Source: Eledone cirrhosa (Eukaryota). From it: a stretch of 64,000 nucleotides of DNA. Where the stretch lies: NCBI GenBank assembly GCA_964016885.1, contig OZ024740.1:133300001-133364000 (forward strand), in the 5' to 3' direction. Position numbers and translations under genes: made by a program. Below the pieces are notes generated by a model. The model ran no database searches. It was not told the origin of the DNA and saw only the letters and a list, made by a program, of their open reading frames with translations. Below, piece by piece: positions 23,785 through 38,285 of the stretch. Numbering within the stretch: position 1 is the first letter of the stretch; every line of letters begins with the position of its first letter.

Positions 23785-24287
23785 TACCTCATTTTACTAG
23801 TCTCAAGAACGCGTCTACACGACGTGAGAAAGAATCCCAAAAGGCGGAGGGGGAGATAGTCACGCGATATAACGGTCGAGAAACAGAGCTAAGCCTCTTA
23901 TAACCACGAAGAAAATACCACGGAGGCGGAGGGGGTATTCATATCGAGGCCGTAGAAGAGGTAGTGAAGAAGGCGAGAAGTATGAGTAATGGAAGCTTTC
24001 CAGTTGTCCCCACACTTCAAAGATTGCTCGACCAGAGGGAGTTATTAATATATTTATAAACACACAGATACATGCGGACACACACATATATACATGAATG
24101 CATCCGCACCCAACTGTGAGTTAAGGGTGCCAACTTCACCGATGTTGCTCAATGAATGACTGGGACAGACCAATTCAGTTTGAACCAGACTGAACCAGTA
24201 TCAGAGTTAAAAATACATTATGAAGAGAGAAGAAACATTTAGATATAATTAGTAATAAAATGTATCATACCTAAACTGTTCCTAAAT

Positions 24288-24375
24288 TCCTCGACTACGT
24301 AGTTTCGTGGCATAAACAAAAACAATATATCAAAGATATAGAGTCCTTGCGAGGTCTGCCGACTTATCAAGAGGA
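24288..24375 (-). ncRNA. Type I hammerhead ribozyme, U3:A8 core variant (second copy)
   Basis: Same sequence as 23697-23784 at offset +591. Confidence 0.78.
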
Positions 24376-25018
24376 TACCTCATTTTACTAGTCTCAAGAA
24401 CGCGTCTACACGACGTGAGAAAGAATCCCAAAAGGCGGAGGGGGAGATAGTCACGCGATATAACGGTCGAGAAACAGAGCTAAGCCTCTTATAACCACGA
24501 AGAAAATACCACGGAGGCGGAGGGGGTATTCATATCGAGGCCGTAGAAAAGGTAGTGAAGAAGGCGAGAAGTATGAGTAATGGAAGCTTTCCAGTTGTCC
24601 CCACACTTCAAAGATTGCTCGACCAGGGGGAGTTATTAATATATTTATAAACACACAGATACATGCGGACACACACATATATACATGAATGCATCCGCAC
24701 CCAACTGTGAGTTAAGGGTGCCAACTATATATATATATATATATATGCTAACAGATAAAATAAAGATGGTGTAGATATACAATACATAATAGCCCCACTG
24801 ACGATGTTTCTTAGACTATATATGTGTTTATATCTATATTATCTCTGTATTTTTTACCGTTTGTCAGTCAATGGTAAACATTGAGGACCGAATTATATGA
24901 GATACCGAAGAGAAAACCAACCAAACAGTGAGTGTGTTCTGCTATTCAGGCAATATTATTACAACAATATGACGTCTTCCAAGTATAACAATATATATAT
25001 ATATATATATATATATTT

Positions 25019-25099
<81 letters not shown>

Positions 25100-25107
<8 letters not shown>

Positions 25108-25235
25108 ATAAATGGAAAACTATATTTATAAAATATTTATTTAATATTGTAAATATACTCCAAGTATTTGTCGAGTGCTTTTATATCAGTTATAAATATT
25201 TACTAGTTGTAACCCAACAATTTTAAATATAACTT

Positions 25236-25238
<3 letters not shown>
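25100..25238 (+). mobile_element. Short relic related to the Penelope pLTR tail at 60005-60140, with a small 5' inversion
   Basis: TACTCCAA..TTTGTCGAGTGCTTT.ATATCAGTTATAAA..CCCAACAA matches 60054-60125; lies between (AT)n tracts. Confidence 0.55.
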
Positions 25239-25312
<74 letters not shown>

Positions 25313-25685
25313 ATATATATTGTTATATATATATATAAATATTATTATACAATTCACTTGTAGCACTCAACGTCATATTACTTCCTAAAGACCAGGATGA
25401 CGGAGTATATTAATAAAGAGGAAAATGTTAGGGTCCTTTATTAATTGAACCGTTATACTTATTTCCATGACAATAGATATCGTGATTTCTTCAGACAGCA
25501 AAAATTGATTAAAATGTAACATTTCCGAGACAAGTCTGTCTGGAGGGGAGTGAACTAAAAAAATGTGTATGCACACAGGGGTGTGGGTGGTTGACCACTC
25601 AACTTCAACCAAGAATACCACCAACTTTATATGTTCCGTCTATCTTCCAGTCCACCACCACCTCGGCCGACAACTCCATACGGTC

Positions 25686-26407
25686 AGTTAATTATTAAAT
25701 CTAGGAGAAAATAATGCAAGTGGAAGCTTAGTAAAATCGAAGCTTTGGCTGTGAGCAAGCAAAGTCGACGTACAATAGGAATGAGTTAGCAAATCACTCA
25801 ATAAGGGTAGTCCTTAGAGTAATAACATACGTTTAAATAGCTTTACAAATTGAACATTGAGGTAGGCAAAACCAAACCACACAATACCAAAGTAACGAAA
25901 GAATTACAGGTTAAAAAATACACCTGGACAAATCAAACGATAAAGTGTTTCTATGAATCCGAAATCATTTATCCATCTTACGTAACACGCACGCTCGTGG
26001 TATTCCATGATCGAACAGATGATTCATTTCATCAACAGGGATTCGGTTCTGCCCCAAAGCGGAGTGAACTAACAAAATGCGGCCGCTAAGAATGCAGCCA
26101 GCGAACACTTAGTTGTCACGTGGTATTTCAAACAAGGGAAGCAACCCCCGGTTTTTGGCGGGTAAATTCAAAGTGTTAACAAGGGAAACATTATAATTTC
26201 CGCTCAAACATTCCGAATAAAGCTCTCAACCAGATGTTATTAAACAAACACAAATAATTAACCAATCAACAGAATTGTCTAATTAAATTAATTAGTTAAT
26301 TATTAGATCTAGGAGAAAATAATACAAGTGGAAGCTTAGTAAAATCGAAGCTTTGGCTGTGGGCAAGCAAAGTCGACCTACAATAGGAATGAGTTAGCAA
26401 AGCACTC
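25686..26407. repeat. About 113-bp direct repeats (period 608) bounding a non-coding element
   Basis: AGTTAATTATTA.ATCTAGGAGAAAATAAT..GTTAGCAAA.CACTC at 25686-25799 and 26294-26407. Confidence 0.8.
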
Positions 26408-27389
26408 GGTAGTATATATATATACTACCTCCTTTAAATCACGCTGGTATCGGCATCGATTTTCGATTAAACATCCTGAACACCGCTATGTAACTACGCT
26501 CGCTAATAAGACCTGGCAACTCCGCGAACACAACCAGCAGTTCACCCTAAAATGGGATAAATTATCCAGCGCTAGTGCATATGCGAGTGGATTAAAATAC
26601 TGCTAATTATGCAACCTTAAACTTGTTTATATCTTGAAATCTAAAAACAATTTACTAAATGACAGAATCGAACGATCGTTATACTGCAACCACAAACTGA
26701 AGGCTAAATTTTCTCACTATAAAAGTAACTTAACATAATTTGAACCCAAGACTATTATACCACTTTCTCACTTACTAATTTCACTCAATACTTACTTCCT
26801 AACTATACCCCCCCCCCCTCCAATACTAACCAGTACCTTGCTTATCATAATAAATGTATACTTAAGTACGACCAGGCAAACTACAACTATCAACTCGGTG
26901 TATATCACCTTTCCTTCCCCTGCTCTTAACCCTTTTCTGTCCCTTCTCTCTCTCTCTTTCTCTCTCGTTCTTTCTCTCTCTTTCTCTCTTTCTCTCTTTC
27001 TCTCTCTCTCGCTCTCTGTCTATATCCCTCCTTCTCTACATCTATTAACCTGCCCTCTGAGGCAATAAATAATTCCAAGCTTGATACTATCAACACAATG
27101 CCTAAGTTGTCTCTTTGAGAGTAAGCAGTATAATAAAACCACTTGCTGGATCCCTGTCATAACATTTAGATTAGCTATCTATATTCTCCCATTTCTCCTA
27201 CCCTGCATATCTATCTCTCCCTCTCCCTTTCTTTCTTTCTTTCTTCCTTTTCTACTCTATATACATATTCCTGGTACTCACAGATCTGTCCAGTTCATTT
27301 GTCTACCAGCATATCAGGAAAGAATTATATATTTTCTATATATTTTGTCTTAGGAGAACATGTTTTGCTCTATGTTACACATAAAACTT

Positions 27390-30300
27390 TGCATCTTCGA
27401 AATATATATAATGAAACCCAACAGCACTATACGGTCACGTACTGTACAGTAAGCACAAAATCACGTAGGGTTGAAAGAGCCACAGAGGCTGAAATACAGA
27501 AAAGCCTTAGCGTCTGTGTGGCAGCGGAAAACGCATATCCCCCGAGGCAAGAAATATCCCACCATGGATGTGCTTTTTGCCACACCCCAGGAGGCAAAGG
27601 CTCAATCCTTAGTGACCCTAAGGAGCGAGGAAATGGTGTTGGTCCCCTCCTACTGCGGGCAAAAAATTGTGAGGGTCAAACTGACTCATGTCACCCCTGG
27701 GATGGCCCCTTCTTGGCTAGCCGCGTCTGTCCTAGTCGGAATCGAGGAGAAAACAACCGTACTACAAGGGCAGAAAAAAGTACGAGAAGATTGAGATCTT
27801 AATTCAAACCGACCAGGAGTGCATCGAAGCTATACCGGGTGTGATAGACTTCGATAACGGCACTCAACTTCCCATAAGTGTTGAGGGCAAAGGCCCGAAA
27901 TGCTTTCGCTGTGGGTCGATGACTCACCCCAGGGCCTTCTGCAGAGAAGACTCTGAGAAAGGAGAAAACCCCCCTCCTTCCGAAACCGGCTCCACTGCTA
28001 CCAGCAAGAGGACAGCCGGCAAGCAGCGAGAATAGGTCCGTGGCACCCATACCCACGCCACAGAAATCAAGAACAGCAGCAGCAGTGGAAGTATTAACAA
28101 CAACAACAGTAATACCAACTGTAGCTGCAACAGAGACTCCACTGCAAACATCATCAACAACAACAAGTGAAAGAGAGGAGCTGGTACCCCTCCCGGACCT
28201 CACAGAATCGGACATGGAGTGTGAGTTAGGAGTGGGATGGCAAAAGGTCGCAAGAAGGCACAAACGCAGAAGCAGCGCATCGTCGCCTTCGAAAAGGGAG
28301 GGAAGAAATGAAAAAAGGGTAAAGGCTACTGCAAAGAGACTTACAGCAGCAACACCACCAACACCATCACCACCCACACTAGCAATTACCATCACCACCG
28401 GCGGCAACCCCACCACCACCAACAACAACACCTTCAACAACACCACCACAAGCACCAACATCGCAAACACAACAACAAAACAAACACCCAGCAACAACGA
28501 CAAGAAAATAGCAGAACCACACCTCACTCCCAGAAAAAGAATTGCACAGCAATAAATACACACAACAAGAAACCAATGACTTACATAATTGAACACACAG
28601 ACATTTCACAGCACGACTACATAATACCAGCACCAATCAAATCACCAACGAACATAAGACTGGTAAGAATATCATAGAAACAATACACAAACACTAAAAT
28701 GAAATTCCCCAACGCAGTTGGTGATTTCAGAGACCTAGGAGGGACACTCAACCGGAGAGTATACTCGGATATACTCACAGAAGAGCCGACGACCAGCCGA
28801 AAGGACGATTCAACGGTCCCTTTACCAGACGATCAAGGTAAGTGATCCTTTCTCATTTGCCCCGTTCCTGAGCTAACATGGCCGTATTCAGGATCGGAAG
28901 TGTAAATGTGCGTGGCTTGAGCTCAGTTGGAAGCAGGGTCACTTGCTTGACGACCTCAGGTCACTAAACATAGATGTGGTGGCCATCAGCGAGACGAGAA
29001 TCTCCGAAACGCAAGCCTTCGCACCGATCTTCGACGGTTACGAGGTGTACGCATCTCCGAGCCGTCCGGGAGCGGGGGGCGGAGTGGCTGTGTTGTTTCG
29101 GAAAGGCTTGGGTCTCGCCATACGGACCATCTTCCTAGACCCAGAAGGTAAGTCGGTGGTGCTGGAAGTAAGCGGCACCGAAGGCAACGCTTTCAGACTA
29201 GTAGCCGTCTATGCCCCGACAGGGACAGGACGGCCTGTTATCTTTAGACGTCTAGAGACCTCTCTTGGAACGTCCCGCTGTTTAGTGTTAGTGGGCGACT
29301 GGAACGGTATCTTGGATGCCCGCTGGGATTGTGTGAGGCTAGCGGATAGGGGAAGAGGGTTCAAGAGCCTCACCAACCTGCTCAGACGTTTTGAACTGTC
29401 TGACAGGTATCGACAGGATCACCCGAATGTACCAATGTGGACAAGGACAAACCGCATCGGGTCATCCAGATCGTATCTCGATAGGGTATTCTGAAGAGAA
29501 CTAGATAAGGCTAGTATAAGTTGTCCACAATTTAAAATAGTTTACTACAGAGACCACAAATGTGTGATCTGTGAGATCGACATAGACAGACTCCATAGAC
29601 AAGGGCCCGGTTACTCGAAGCTGAACGCATCTTTCCCGGCGCGCAAAGCCTACAGAGACCGGATTAGCGTATTAGTTAAGCGGGCGTCGACAGGAGCGGA
29701 TGTCAACAACAGGTGGTGGTTCGCCCTGAAAAGGGCAATTAAAGTAGAGGGCAATTAAAGTAGGTTGCAAAGGACTAGTGATAGAGGAAAATAGAGTAGA
29801 GGGAGAGCTAGTCAGAAAGCTAGAAGAGACGTTTAGGACAGGCATCGCAATCGACGTGCTTGCGGCAAGATTGGCACTCGACCAATTCTTCAACACAAAA
29901 CAAGAAGTCTGCGTTGTCAGAGCTAGAGGTCTAAAACACGAGGGGACAAAAACCGTCTTATGGGCCCGGGTGGCAGAGGCGCGAAGGGGCAACAAAGCCA
30001 CAATTCAGTCTTTGTCTGACCAAAACGGGTGCGTGATGCTTGAACCCGAGCAGATGTGTGAAGCTTTTCAGCAGCACTTTGCTGAACTGTTCGGGAGTAG
30101 CCGCGGGCCGTATCGGAGATTGGACTTCAGTGCATACATCGATGGACTTCCACGGCTCTCGACGACCGCAGCACAGTGTTGCAAAAAGCCAATAACAGTC
30201 AGTGAAATACGGGAAGCAATGGCTAACTGCACGAGGGGTAAATCGCCAGGTTTGGATTGTCTGCCTACGCTTTATGCATTTATGCCAGACTTTTTCGGTG

Positions 30301-32535
30301 ACCTCTTGGCAGATATCTACTGCAGCTGGCAGCAGAACGGGAGCATTCATATTTTTGTGAGCCGGGGAGCGGTGGGGCTGTTGAAAAAAACCCCGAACAA
30401 GTGGGATGTTATCGATATCTTCAGGCCCATAACCCTGCTAAACGCAGAGTTGAAGATTTTGGCCAAGGTGTTAACGACGAGGTTGGCGCTTGTCGTCAAG
30501 GGTCTGGTGGGAAAGGCGCAGAGATGCGGCATTCCAGACAGATCCATACACGACAACCTCCACCTCATGCGATACATCATAGAGAGGGTGGTTAAGGAAC
30601 CTGGCACGGGTGTGGCCCTAGTCAACTTGGATCAATCCAAAGCATTCGATAAGGTCGACCATCGGTACCTGGCGGCGGTCCTCGAGGGAGCCGGTTGCGG
30701 CCCTTTTTCAGGGGTTGGATCGCTGCGATGTACAGCGACATCTGCTCAGTTGTGAGGGTGAACGGTCACCTGTCGCAGCCGTTCAGCATCGTGCGCTCGG
30801 TCCGCAAGGGTTGTCCCTCTCGTCCCTATTGTACGTGTTGGCTCTCGAGCCGTTACTGCACAAACTGGGGGCGAACTAGGATGCGGGAAATCCGACGCGA
30901 ACTAGGATGCGGGAAATCCGAGTCGGCTTACGCTGACGACGTCACCGTGGTGGTGTCGAGCACCAGACAAGTCCAGATACTCGGCACCGCTCTCAAGGAA
31001 TACGAAGCGGTGACAGGAGCAAAGATAAACCAGGGAAAGTCGGTGGGGTTGCAGCTCGGCACCTGGAGAGGCAAGTCCATGCCGTCCGACAGCGTCATGG
31101 GGCGTTGGACGGATGGACCGGTTAAATTGCTCGGTGTCTGGTTCGGACCGGACATCCAGATGGAGAAAAACTGGAACGTGGTAACGAGCAAGTTGGCCTC
31201 CCTCACCCAGAAATGGGCAGAGGGGAAGCTGTCCCTGAAAGGCCGGGAGGAGGTGGCGAATGCGTACATCGCATCCGTGATCTGCTACCGCCTCACCGTC
31301 GTCCCTTGCCCCGGCCCATCTCTCACCAAAATGGAGCGCCTCCTCTTCCGCTTTTTGTGGAAGGGACGCGCTCCCATGGTCAGACGATCCATCTGCTGTC
31401 AACACCCGTTGCGTGGAGGACTGGGCATGCCATGGTTATGATGCGCAAACATGCGCTGAGGCTGCGACATCTCTGATGCTTACTTGACGGTGAACAGGTG
31501 TGGTCGCCGTTCGCCAGACACGCCTCCTTGACGGAGCTGCAGTCCTGCGCCAGAAAAAGACCGAGGGATAGCGCTTGGAAACTAAAATATCTCCAGGCGC
31601 TCACTGCCCTCTGCCAGCAAGGCACCAGTATCGGTGGAACATCTACCTCGGCGTTCTACAGATGACTAGTGGAGGGGAAGAGCGACGACGTTCTCGGAGT
31701 ACGTTCAGCCCAGGGCCTATGGATAACTTCCAAAAATCCCTGGCCTGGCAGTGCTACCAGGGAGCGTTGCCGGTTCGAGATAAGCTCTACAGGCACGGAA
31801 GTGCCGTCAGCCGAGCTTGTCCGAGATGCGCGCAGAGCAACGAAACCGTCGTGCACGCTCTCGTTCAGTGCCCGAGCATTGCTGACTTGTGGAGCTATGT
31901 CGAACAGTTGATGTCGCGTGTAGGACTGATCCGGTTATCGACTGAGTCCAATGTGCAGATGGTCACGCCGTCTTCCTTCGAGGAGGAAGGGCAGTAGGTT
32001 TTCATCTGCCTGGTAGCCATGACAAAAGTGTATGTGTGGTGAATAAGGTTGAAAGGGTTAAAGACAGATACTTTCCTCTTCGGCGAATCCCTAATTAAAT
32101 GTTTTAAGTTAATTAGGGTGGAGAGGCAAGTGCTGCTTTCTAGCAAGTTTGTTGAATGGTGGGTGAATGTAGCGAGAATGATCCGAGTGAACGGGACCGC
32201 TCTGAATATACGCCTGTAGTTTGAGAAATGGAAAAATTGAGAGAGGGCGCTTGCGCTGGTAGTCAGGGTGGCCGTGGTCTTCTGTGCGGTTTTCGCCACG
32301 AGTAACCCTCAGAGGTTTCCCCCCTATTTGGGAATTTTTTCATTGTTTCAATTTTCATTTTTATTGTTTATATATATATATATGTTTCTATGTCTTTTTT
32401 TTCTTTTTTTATATAAATAATAAAAATATTTACACGCACAAAACCCACATCGTACCGTCCTGTGCCGTCCTGTGCCGTCCTGTGCCGTCTGTAATGTTTT
32501 TCTTGATGTCAGCCCTTGTGGACAATAACGAAAAC
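27390..32535 (+). mobile_element. Tx1-like copy D, degenerate, with (TTA)n tail
   Basis: ORF1 remnants (CFRCGSMTHPRAFC, end 28845); ORF2 remnants 28878-32219 (LVGDWN, LDQSKAFD, YADD, CPRC); 3' end GCCCTTGTGGACAATAACGAAAAC then (ATT)n. Confidence 0.9.
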
Positions 32536-32565
32536 ATTATTATTATTATTATTATTATAATTATT

Positions 32566-35500
32566 GTTCTTTGAGTCTCAGACATTTATGTTATTTAACT
32601 GGAAAGTTTGTTGAAATGAATATCAAGCCACTACCTGCAGCATCAAATATTCAGGACGTATCGGAGGGATTTTGCTGTTCCCAGCAAGCATGCCTTTTGA
32701 AATGTTCCAAAAAGCGGGGCGGGACCAATTTTCTTTAACCATCCTTGGAAACTTTTTGAGATAGTACCTAGTGCGCCTATGACAATCGGGACCATTATGA
32801 TTTCATGGCAGTTCCAGATCATTTTTACCTCCCACTTTAAGTCCTGGTATCGGTTAATTTTCTCCCTCTCCTTCTCTTGCATTCTCGTGTCGAATGGGCA
32901 GTCTACATCCACAATCAGGCACGATCTTTTTCACTTGGCAACAACCACCAGATCAGGTCTATTGTGTTCCAGTTTCTTGACCGTCTGTATCCTAAAATCC
33001 CACAGCACCTTCACCTGATTGTTCTCCATCACCGCCTCTGGCCTATGCTCATAACACTTCTCAGAATGTGGTAAATTGTTTTCTTTGCATAGGTGCCAGT
33101 GGATCACCCTGTCCATCACATCATATATCCAGCCTTTATAGTGAGTCTGGGCTAGGTGTTTACACTCGGATACAATGTGATCCACAGTCTCCTCTTCCCA
33201 CAGATCCTACACAGTGGTCTAGCCTCCTCCTTGTAAATATGGTGTTTCAGCCGCTTCGTTTTGAGGGCCTGCTCTTGCGCAGCCATCAGCATTCCTTCTG
33301 TAGCCTTTTTGCGGTCTCCTCTTTTCAACCAGTTCTATGTCTGTGGATCTCTAAATTCCGTTTTCTCAAAGAAGGTACTATGAAGGGATTTTTCATGAAG
33401 ATTGCTTTCTCCTTGTTGTTATGTCCTCCTTGGACATCCCCTGGTCTATTGTCCTCTCCTTCAGTACAATTCTGAGCATTGGCTCCCTACTATCGGTCAC
33501 GTATTTGTGTTGGTTGTTTTTCTCCATCTGAACACAGTCCTCTATGCTGATAAGATCCCTTCCACCTTCAGAACTACTTAAGTAGAGTCTATCGACATCA
33601 CTCCTCTTGTGGAACGTATTGTAGATATTCAATAGCTTCCTAGTCTTCCTATCCATTTCTTTTTGTTCAGCAACATTCCATCTCAGAATTCCCGCACTGT
33701 ACCTAATAATAGACACAGGTCGGGAATTCACGGCACTTATGGCATTCCTACTGTTCAGATGTGACTTTAATACGTTCCTTACTCTCCGAATGTTTTCAGA
33801 TCATATCAAATCCTTCATTTTTTTGTTCTTGATGTCATCAGCCTCCAGAACACCCAAATACTTGTATCCTTCTTCAGTGTCAATTTCCTTTATCATCTCA
33901 CCTGTTGGTACCTGGATTCCGTTGCTTCTGCTCAATTTACCCCTCTTCATCACAAGGATTCCACACTTACTAATACCAAATTGCATACATATATCATTGC
34001 TGAAAATACGGACAGTGTCAACAAGCACATCCAACTCCTTCTCACTCTTCCCGAAGAGCTTAAGATCGTTCATGAAGAGGAGGTGATTGATGGTAAGATC
34101 TCCCTTCTCCAACTTGTATCCTGCTCTCACTTTTCGCAGTATAATGGTCAGGGGCATCAGGACAAGGACAAACAACAGAGGGGACAGACTATCTCCCTGG
34201 AAGATACCTCTCTTGATCTTCACGCCTCCCCAGGATTCTCCAGCTGATGTTAATTCTGTTTTCCAGGACTTCATACTTTTGCCCAACAACTGTCTGATGT
34301 TATCTGCCACATTGAAGATCTCTAGGCTTTTGGTGATCCAAGAATGAGGCACCATGTAAAATGCCTTTTTGTAGTCTATCCATCCCATGGCAAGACCAGT
34401 GTGACTCCTCTTGCAATTCCTCATTACCATGTTATCAATAAGTAACTGGTCCTATGTACCACGGGACTTCTTTCGGCATCCTTTCTGTTCGTCCGGTAAC
34501 CAGTTGTTTGTGTGCAGGTGATGGTAGATTTCCTCAGACATAATGCTTCCACATTACGGACAGACATGTGATAGGTCTATAGTTGGTAACATCACTACCC
34601 TTGATTCGGTCTTTCATTACCAGAACTGTGGTACCTTTTGTCACCTGACATCAAGCAGTCATTGAACATGGTTGTCAGTTTCGGGTGGAGGGATGTTATA
34701 TTTTTAATCCAATAACCCTGCACACCATCTGGGCCTGGTGATTTACAGTTGGTTAGTTTTTGGACCTGCTCCTTAAGAGTTTTAACTGTGATACTCAAAT
34801 CAGTTTGTTGGTGTGCCTGTTCACTAATATCCTTTTGTACTGTCTCAATCCACACTGCCTGGTCATTATGTTTCACATCCTGCTCCCATATTCCTCTCTA
34901 GAATGTTTTAGTTTGTTCCGCCTCAGGGATCAAGTCGTTGCCTCTTTCTTTCCCTTCAAGCTGTCCAAACAGCATCTTCTGGTTGTTGTCGAACATGCGG
35001 TTCTGTTTATACTGACTGACTCTGCTCTCGTATCGCCTAATTTTTGCACTCTTTGCTACAATGCGTTGCTTCAGTTACTCTATGATAATATTTAGCTTTT
35101 TCATCCTAGTTTTGTACTTTATTTCCAGTCTATTTTTGTGTCTATGTTTTTTAGTGTCCCATTCAGTAGGGACTCAAGCTTTCCAATGTCATTTCTCATT
35201 TCTCTGATTTGACCATTCAGTCGTTTCTTCCACCAAGGTTCTGATTTTTCTTGTTTGTTGTTTCGTCTCGCTTTTATGCCAAGTAATTTGCTCACCGTAT
35301 TTGCTGTTGCTTTGAGGATATTGTTGCTCTGGTGAAGGCTCCTTGCCTCAAGGTATGGGATGACTTTGTTTACCTTAGCTGTTGTTTCTTTTAACTTTTT
35401 CCTGTCTACAAATCTTAGGTTCATAGGTTTCCCACTATCATTGTTCAATTCATCTACCACTAAGTTTAGGATATCAACCAAATCTTGTCTTAGCCCGTCA

Positions 35501-36167
35501 GCATTCATCTCCCCAGTGGCCGTATCTCTGCTCCAGGTATTATTTATTTCATCATTCAGATCATTGTCTGCTTCGGATAGTTCCTCCGTTCTCTCGACCT
35601 CTTTTACCCTTATTTCCCACTGGCTCATTTTCCTGGCATACTCCACCCTCAATTTCCAACCTAATCTCTCTGCTCAGTTCCTCCAGTTCCAGCTCATTTA
35701 TCCACCCATTAGTTCTTATTACCTGAGCCTGACCTGCCAATTTTTGTTCATCTAATTTAAATAGACCAATCTCGTTCCAGATGTTATGCATCCGTTTCCT
35801 ATAGCCTTTCTCCCTGGGGTTACTCTTTATGTAGCATTGCATAACAGTTCTATTCAATTCTTTCGTCCAGTTGGTTCTGATCCCTTTCCTTCTTCTTCTT
35901 CCTCCGCCAACAGCAGTATTTGGTTCACAGCCAGGTACCTGCTGCTGAGCCAGGGAGCACCTGCTGGGTGAGAGTCTGTCACATGACATTCCAGTCTCCA
36001 CTTCACCGTTATTCGAACTCTTTAGGTTCGACATTGAAACACACTTATCGAGGATTGGTGAATGTATGGTTACATAACCACCGGTGATTTTAGTGTGGCA
36101 CTATCACGCTGTAGACGAATATCAATAAACAAACAAACAAATAGGTAAAAAAAAACACAAAACCCCA
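32566..36167 (-). mobile_element. R4/Dong-like RLE non-LTR retrotransposon, family 1, near full length, decayed
   Basis: Single ORF 36034-32643 in pieces: KSPGPDG, WIDYKKAF, GIFQGDSLSPLLF, YKYLG, HIVSEC, HNRPDL, EKINRYQDL, PIVIGALG; (TAA)n at both ends. Confidence 0.9.
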
Positions 36168-36182
36168 ATTATTATTATTATT

Positions 36183-36672
36183 GTTCTTTAAGTCTCAGTC
36201 ATTGATGTTAGTTAACTGGAAAGTTTGTTGAACTGAATATCAAGCCTCTACGTGCAGCCTCAGATATTCCGGACGTATCGGAGGGTTCTTGCTGTTCCCA
36301 GCAAGCATACATTTTGAAGCGTTCCAAAACGTGTGGCGGGGCCAACTTTCTTTAACCATCCCTGGAAACTTTTTGAGATAGTACCTAGTGCGCCTATGAC
36401 AATCGGGACCACTTTGACTTCATGGCAGTTCCAAATCCTTTTTACCTCCCACTTTAAGTCCTGGTATCGGTTAATTTTCTCCCTCTCCTTCTCTTGCACT
36501 CTCGTGTCGAATGGGCAGGGCACATCCACAATCAGGCACGATATTTTTTCTTTGTCCACAACCACCAGGTCAGGTCTATTGTGTTTCAGTTTCTTGTCTG
36601 TCTGTATTCTAAAATCCCACAGCACCTTCACCTGATCGTTTTATATCACCGACTCTGGCTTATGCTCATAAG
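36183..36672 (-). mobile_element. R4/Dong-like family 1, 5'-truncated copy (RLE domain and 3' UTR)
   Basis: Closely matches 32566-33052; (TAA) tail at 36168-36182. Confidence 0.9.
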
Positions 36673-36764
36673 TGTATATATATACATACACAGAGTGTGT
36701 ATATATATACATACACATACACTTATATATATGTATATATTATTATTATTATTATTATTATTAT

Positions 36765-38240
36765 TTGCATTTATCTTGCTTTATGTTTATACGAGTTATC
36801 ACCAAGTCACAACCAGTGACCTCAAGAGACAACAAGGTCCGCTATGTTCAAGAAAGAACATACATATTCACACATGCATCCTTAGTGTTTAGACTTGTGA
36901 TGTACTTATATTGACAGGATCTTCCTTAGTATATGGGCAGTTCCCATTAGTACTATCTTTTGTATTTCTCCTATACGCGGGTTTCCTGGGATTTGCGATA
37001 AGTAGTCGTTAGACCCCTTAGGTATCATTCCCAGAGCGCCTACAACCACTGGTATTGTTTTAGTACTCAATTTCCACATTTTTCTAATTTCTATCTCCAG
37101 GTCCTTATACTTGCTCAATTTTTCAAATGTTTTTATAGATACATTCTTGTCTATTGGAACAGACATATCAATTAGCAGGCATACCCTCCTTTGAAAGTCC
37201 TTCAATATTATATCAGGTCTATTTGCATCTATTTTTCGGTCTGTTTGGATGCTAAAGTTCCACAAGATTGAGATGTGATCTTTTTCAAGTATGGGAGGTG
37301 GTTGATGCTCCCACCAATTCTTTTGATGGGGCAGGTCAAAATGCTTACACATTATCCAATGTATGTATTGTGCAGCTCTGTCATGCCTGTTTAGGTATTC
37401 GGTTGGAGCTATAGGACTGCACATTGAAATTATATGGTCAATGGTCTCTGGTTGTTTTTTGCATACACGGCATAATGGGCTGCACCCATTTCTTATTATG
37501 TTGGCTTGGTAATTTTTTGTTGGCAGACACTGATCTTGTGCGGATATAATCAGTCCTTCAGTCTCCGATTTCAGTCCAGAGGATGCCAACAACTGATGGG
37601 TTAAAGTTTTGTCAACATCAGGATTGTTAGCTCGCTCTGGGTATTTTCCATACAGAGGCTTTTCTTGCCATTTCTTAGCCAGTTTCTGTAGCAGTTCTTT
37701 CTTTGCAGTTACTTTTACCTGCTTTGCTTTTTCTGTGTTTTCCATTTCAGCAGTAAATGGGACTTCTGAAATTTGTAGTCCATTACTGTATCTTTGTGCA
37801 TCTTTTGTAATGGAATATGATCTTTTGGTGCTTTCGTGTTTCAAAACGAGTTTGATCATCCAATCATGTGATTCCCTTAGATATGTGGATAATCCAATTG
37901 TTGCAGTTTTCAACACAATGTCTAACTGGATTAACCCACGTCCTCCTTCTTTCCTAGGGAGATATATTCTATCTATGTCTGCCTTAGGGTGATGCATTCT
38001 GTGCATGGTTAAGAATTTTCGGATTTTTGTATCGAGCCTACGGATCTCTGTGCTTGACCAGTTGATGACATTGTAACTGTAGGTTACTACTGGTATGGCA
38101 AGCGTGTTTATGGCATCGATCCTATTCCTTGCATTCAATTCCGTTCTTAAGATTGCTCTGACTCTGCGGTAACATTCCTTCCTTATCCTTTCCCTCATTG
38201 TCGAGTGCTTGATTCCGTCTCCTTCACAAACACCTAGATA
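36765..38240 (-). mobile_element. R4/Dong-like family 2, 5'-truncated copy
   Basis: ORF 36906-38198: GGRGL, CRVC..ETIDHIISMC, RHD, NRPDI, EKLSKY, PVVVGALG; (TAA)n both sides. Confidence 0.92.
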
Positions 38241-38285
38241 TTATTATTATTATTATCATTATTATTATTATTATTATTATTATTA

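Noticed and set aside
23860-24678. Duplicated 75-aa ORF
   Set aside because: By-product of the tandem repeat; no recognisable motif.
24797-24900. CTGACGA as another hammerhead core (also CAGAAGA near 17995 and TTAATGA near 62968)
   Set aside because: Stems or the GAAA element could not be completed.
35895-35975. HDV-like ribozyme near the 5' end of the Dong-like element
   Set aside because: Some pairing (CAGGTGC/GTACCTG, CAGCAG/CTGCTG) but I could not build the nested double pseudoknot.
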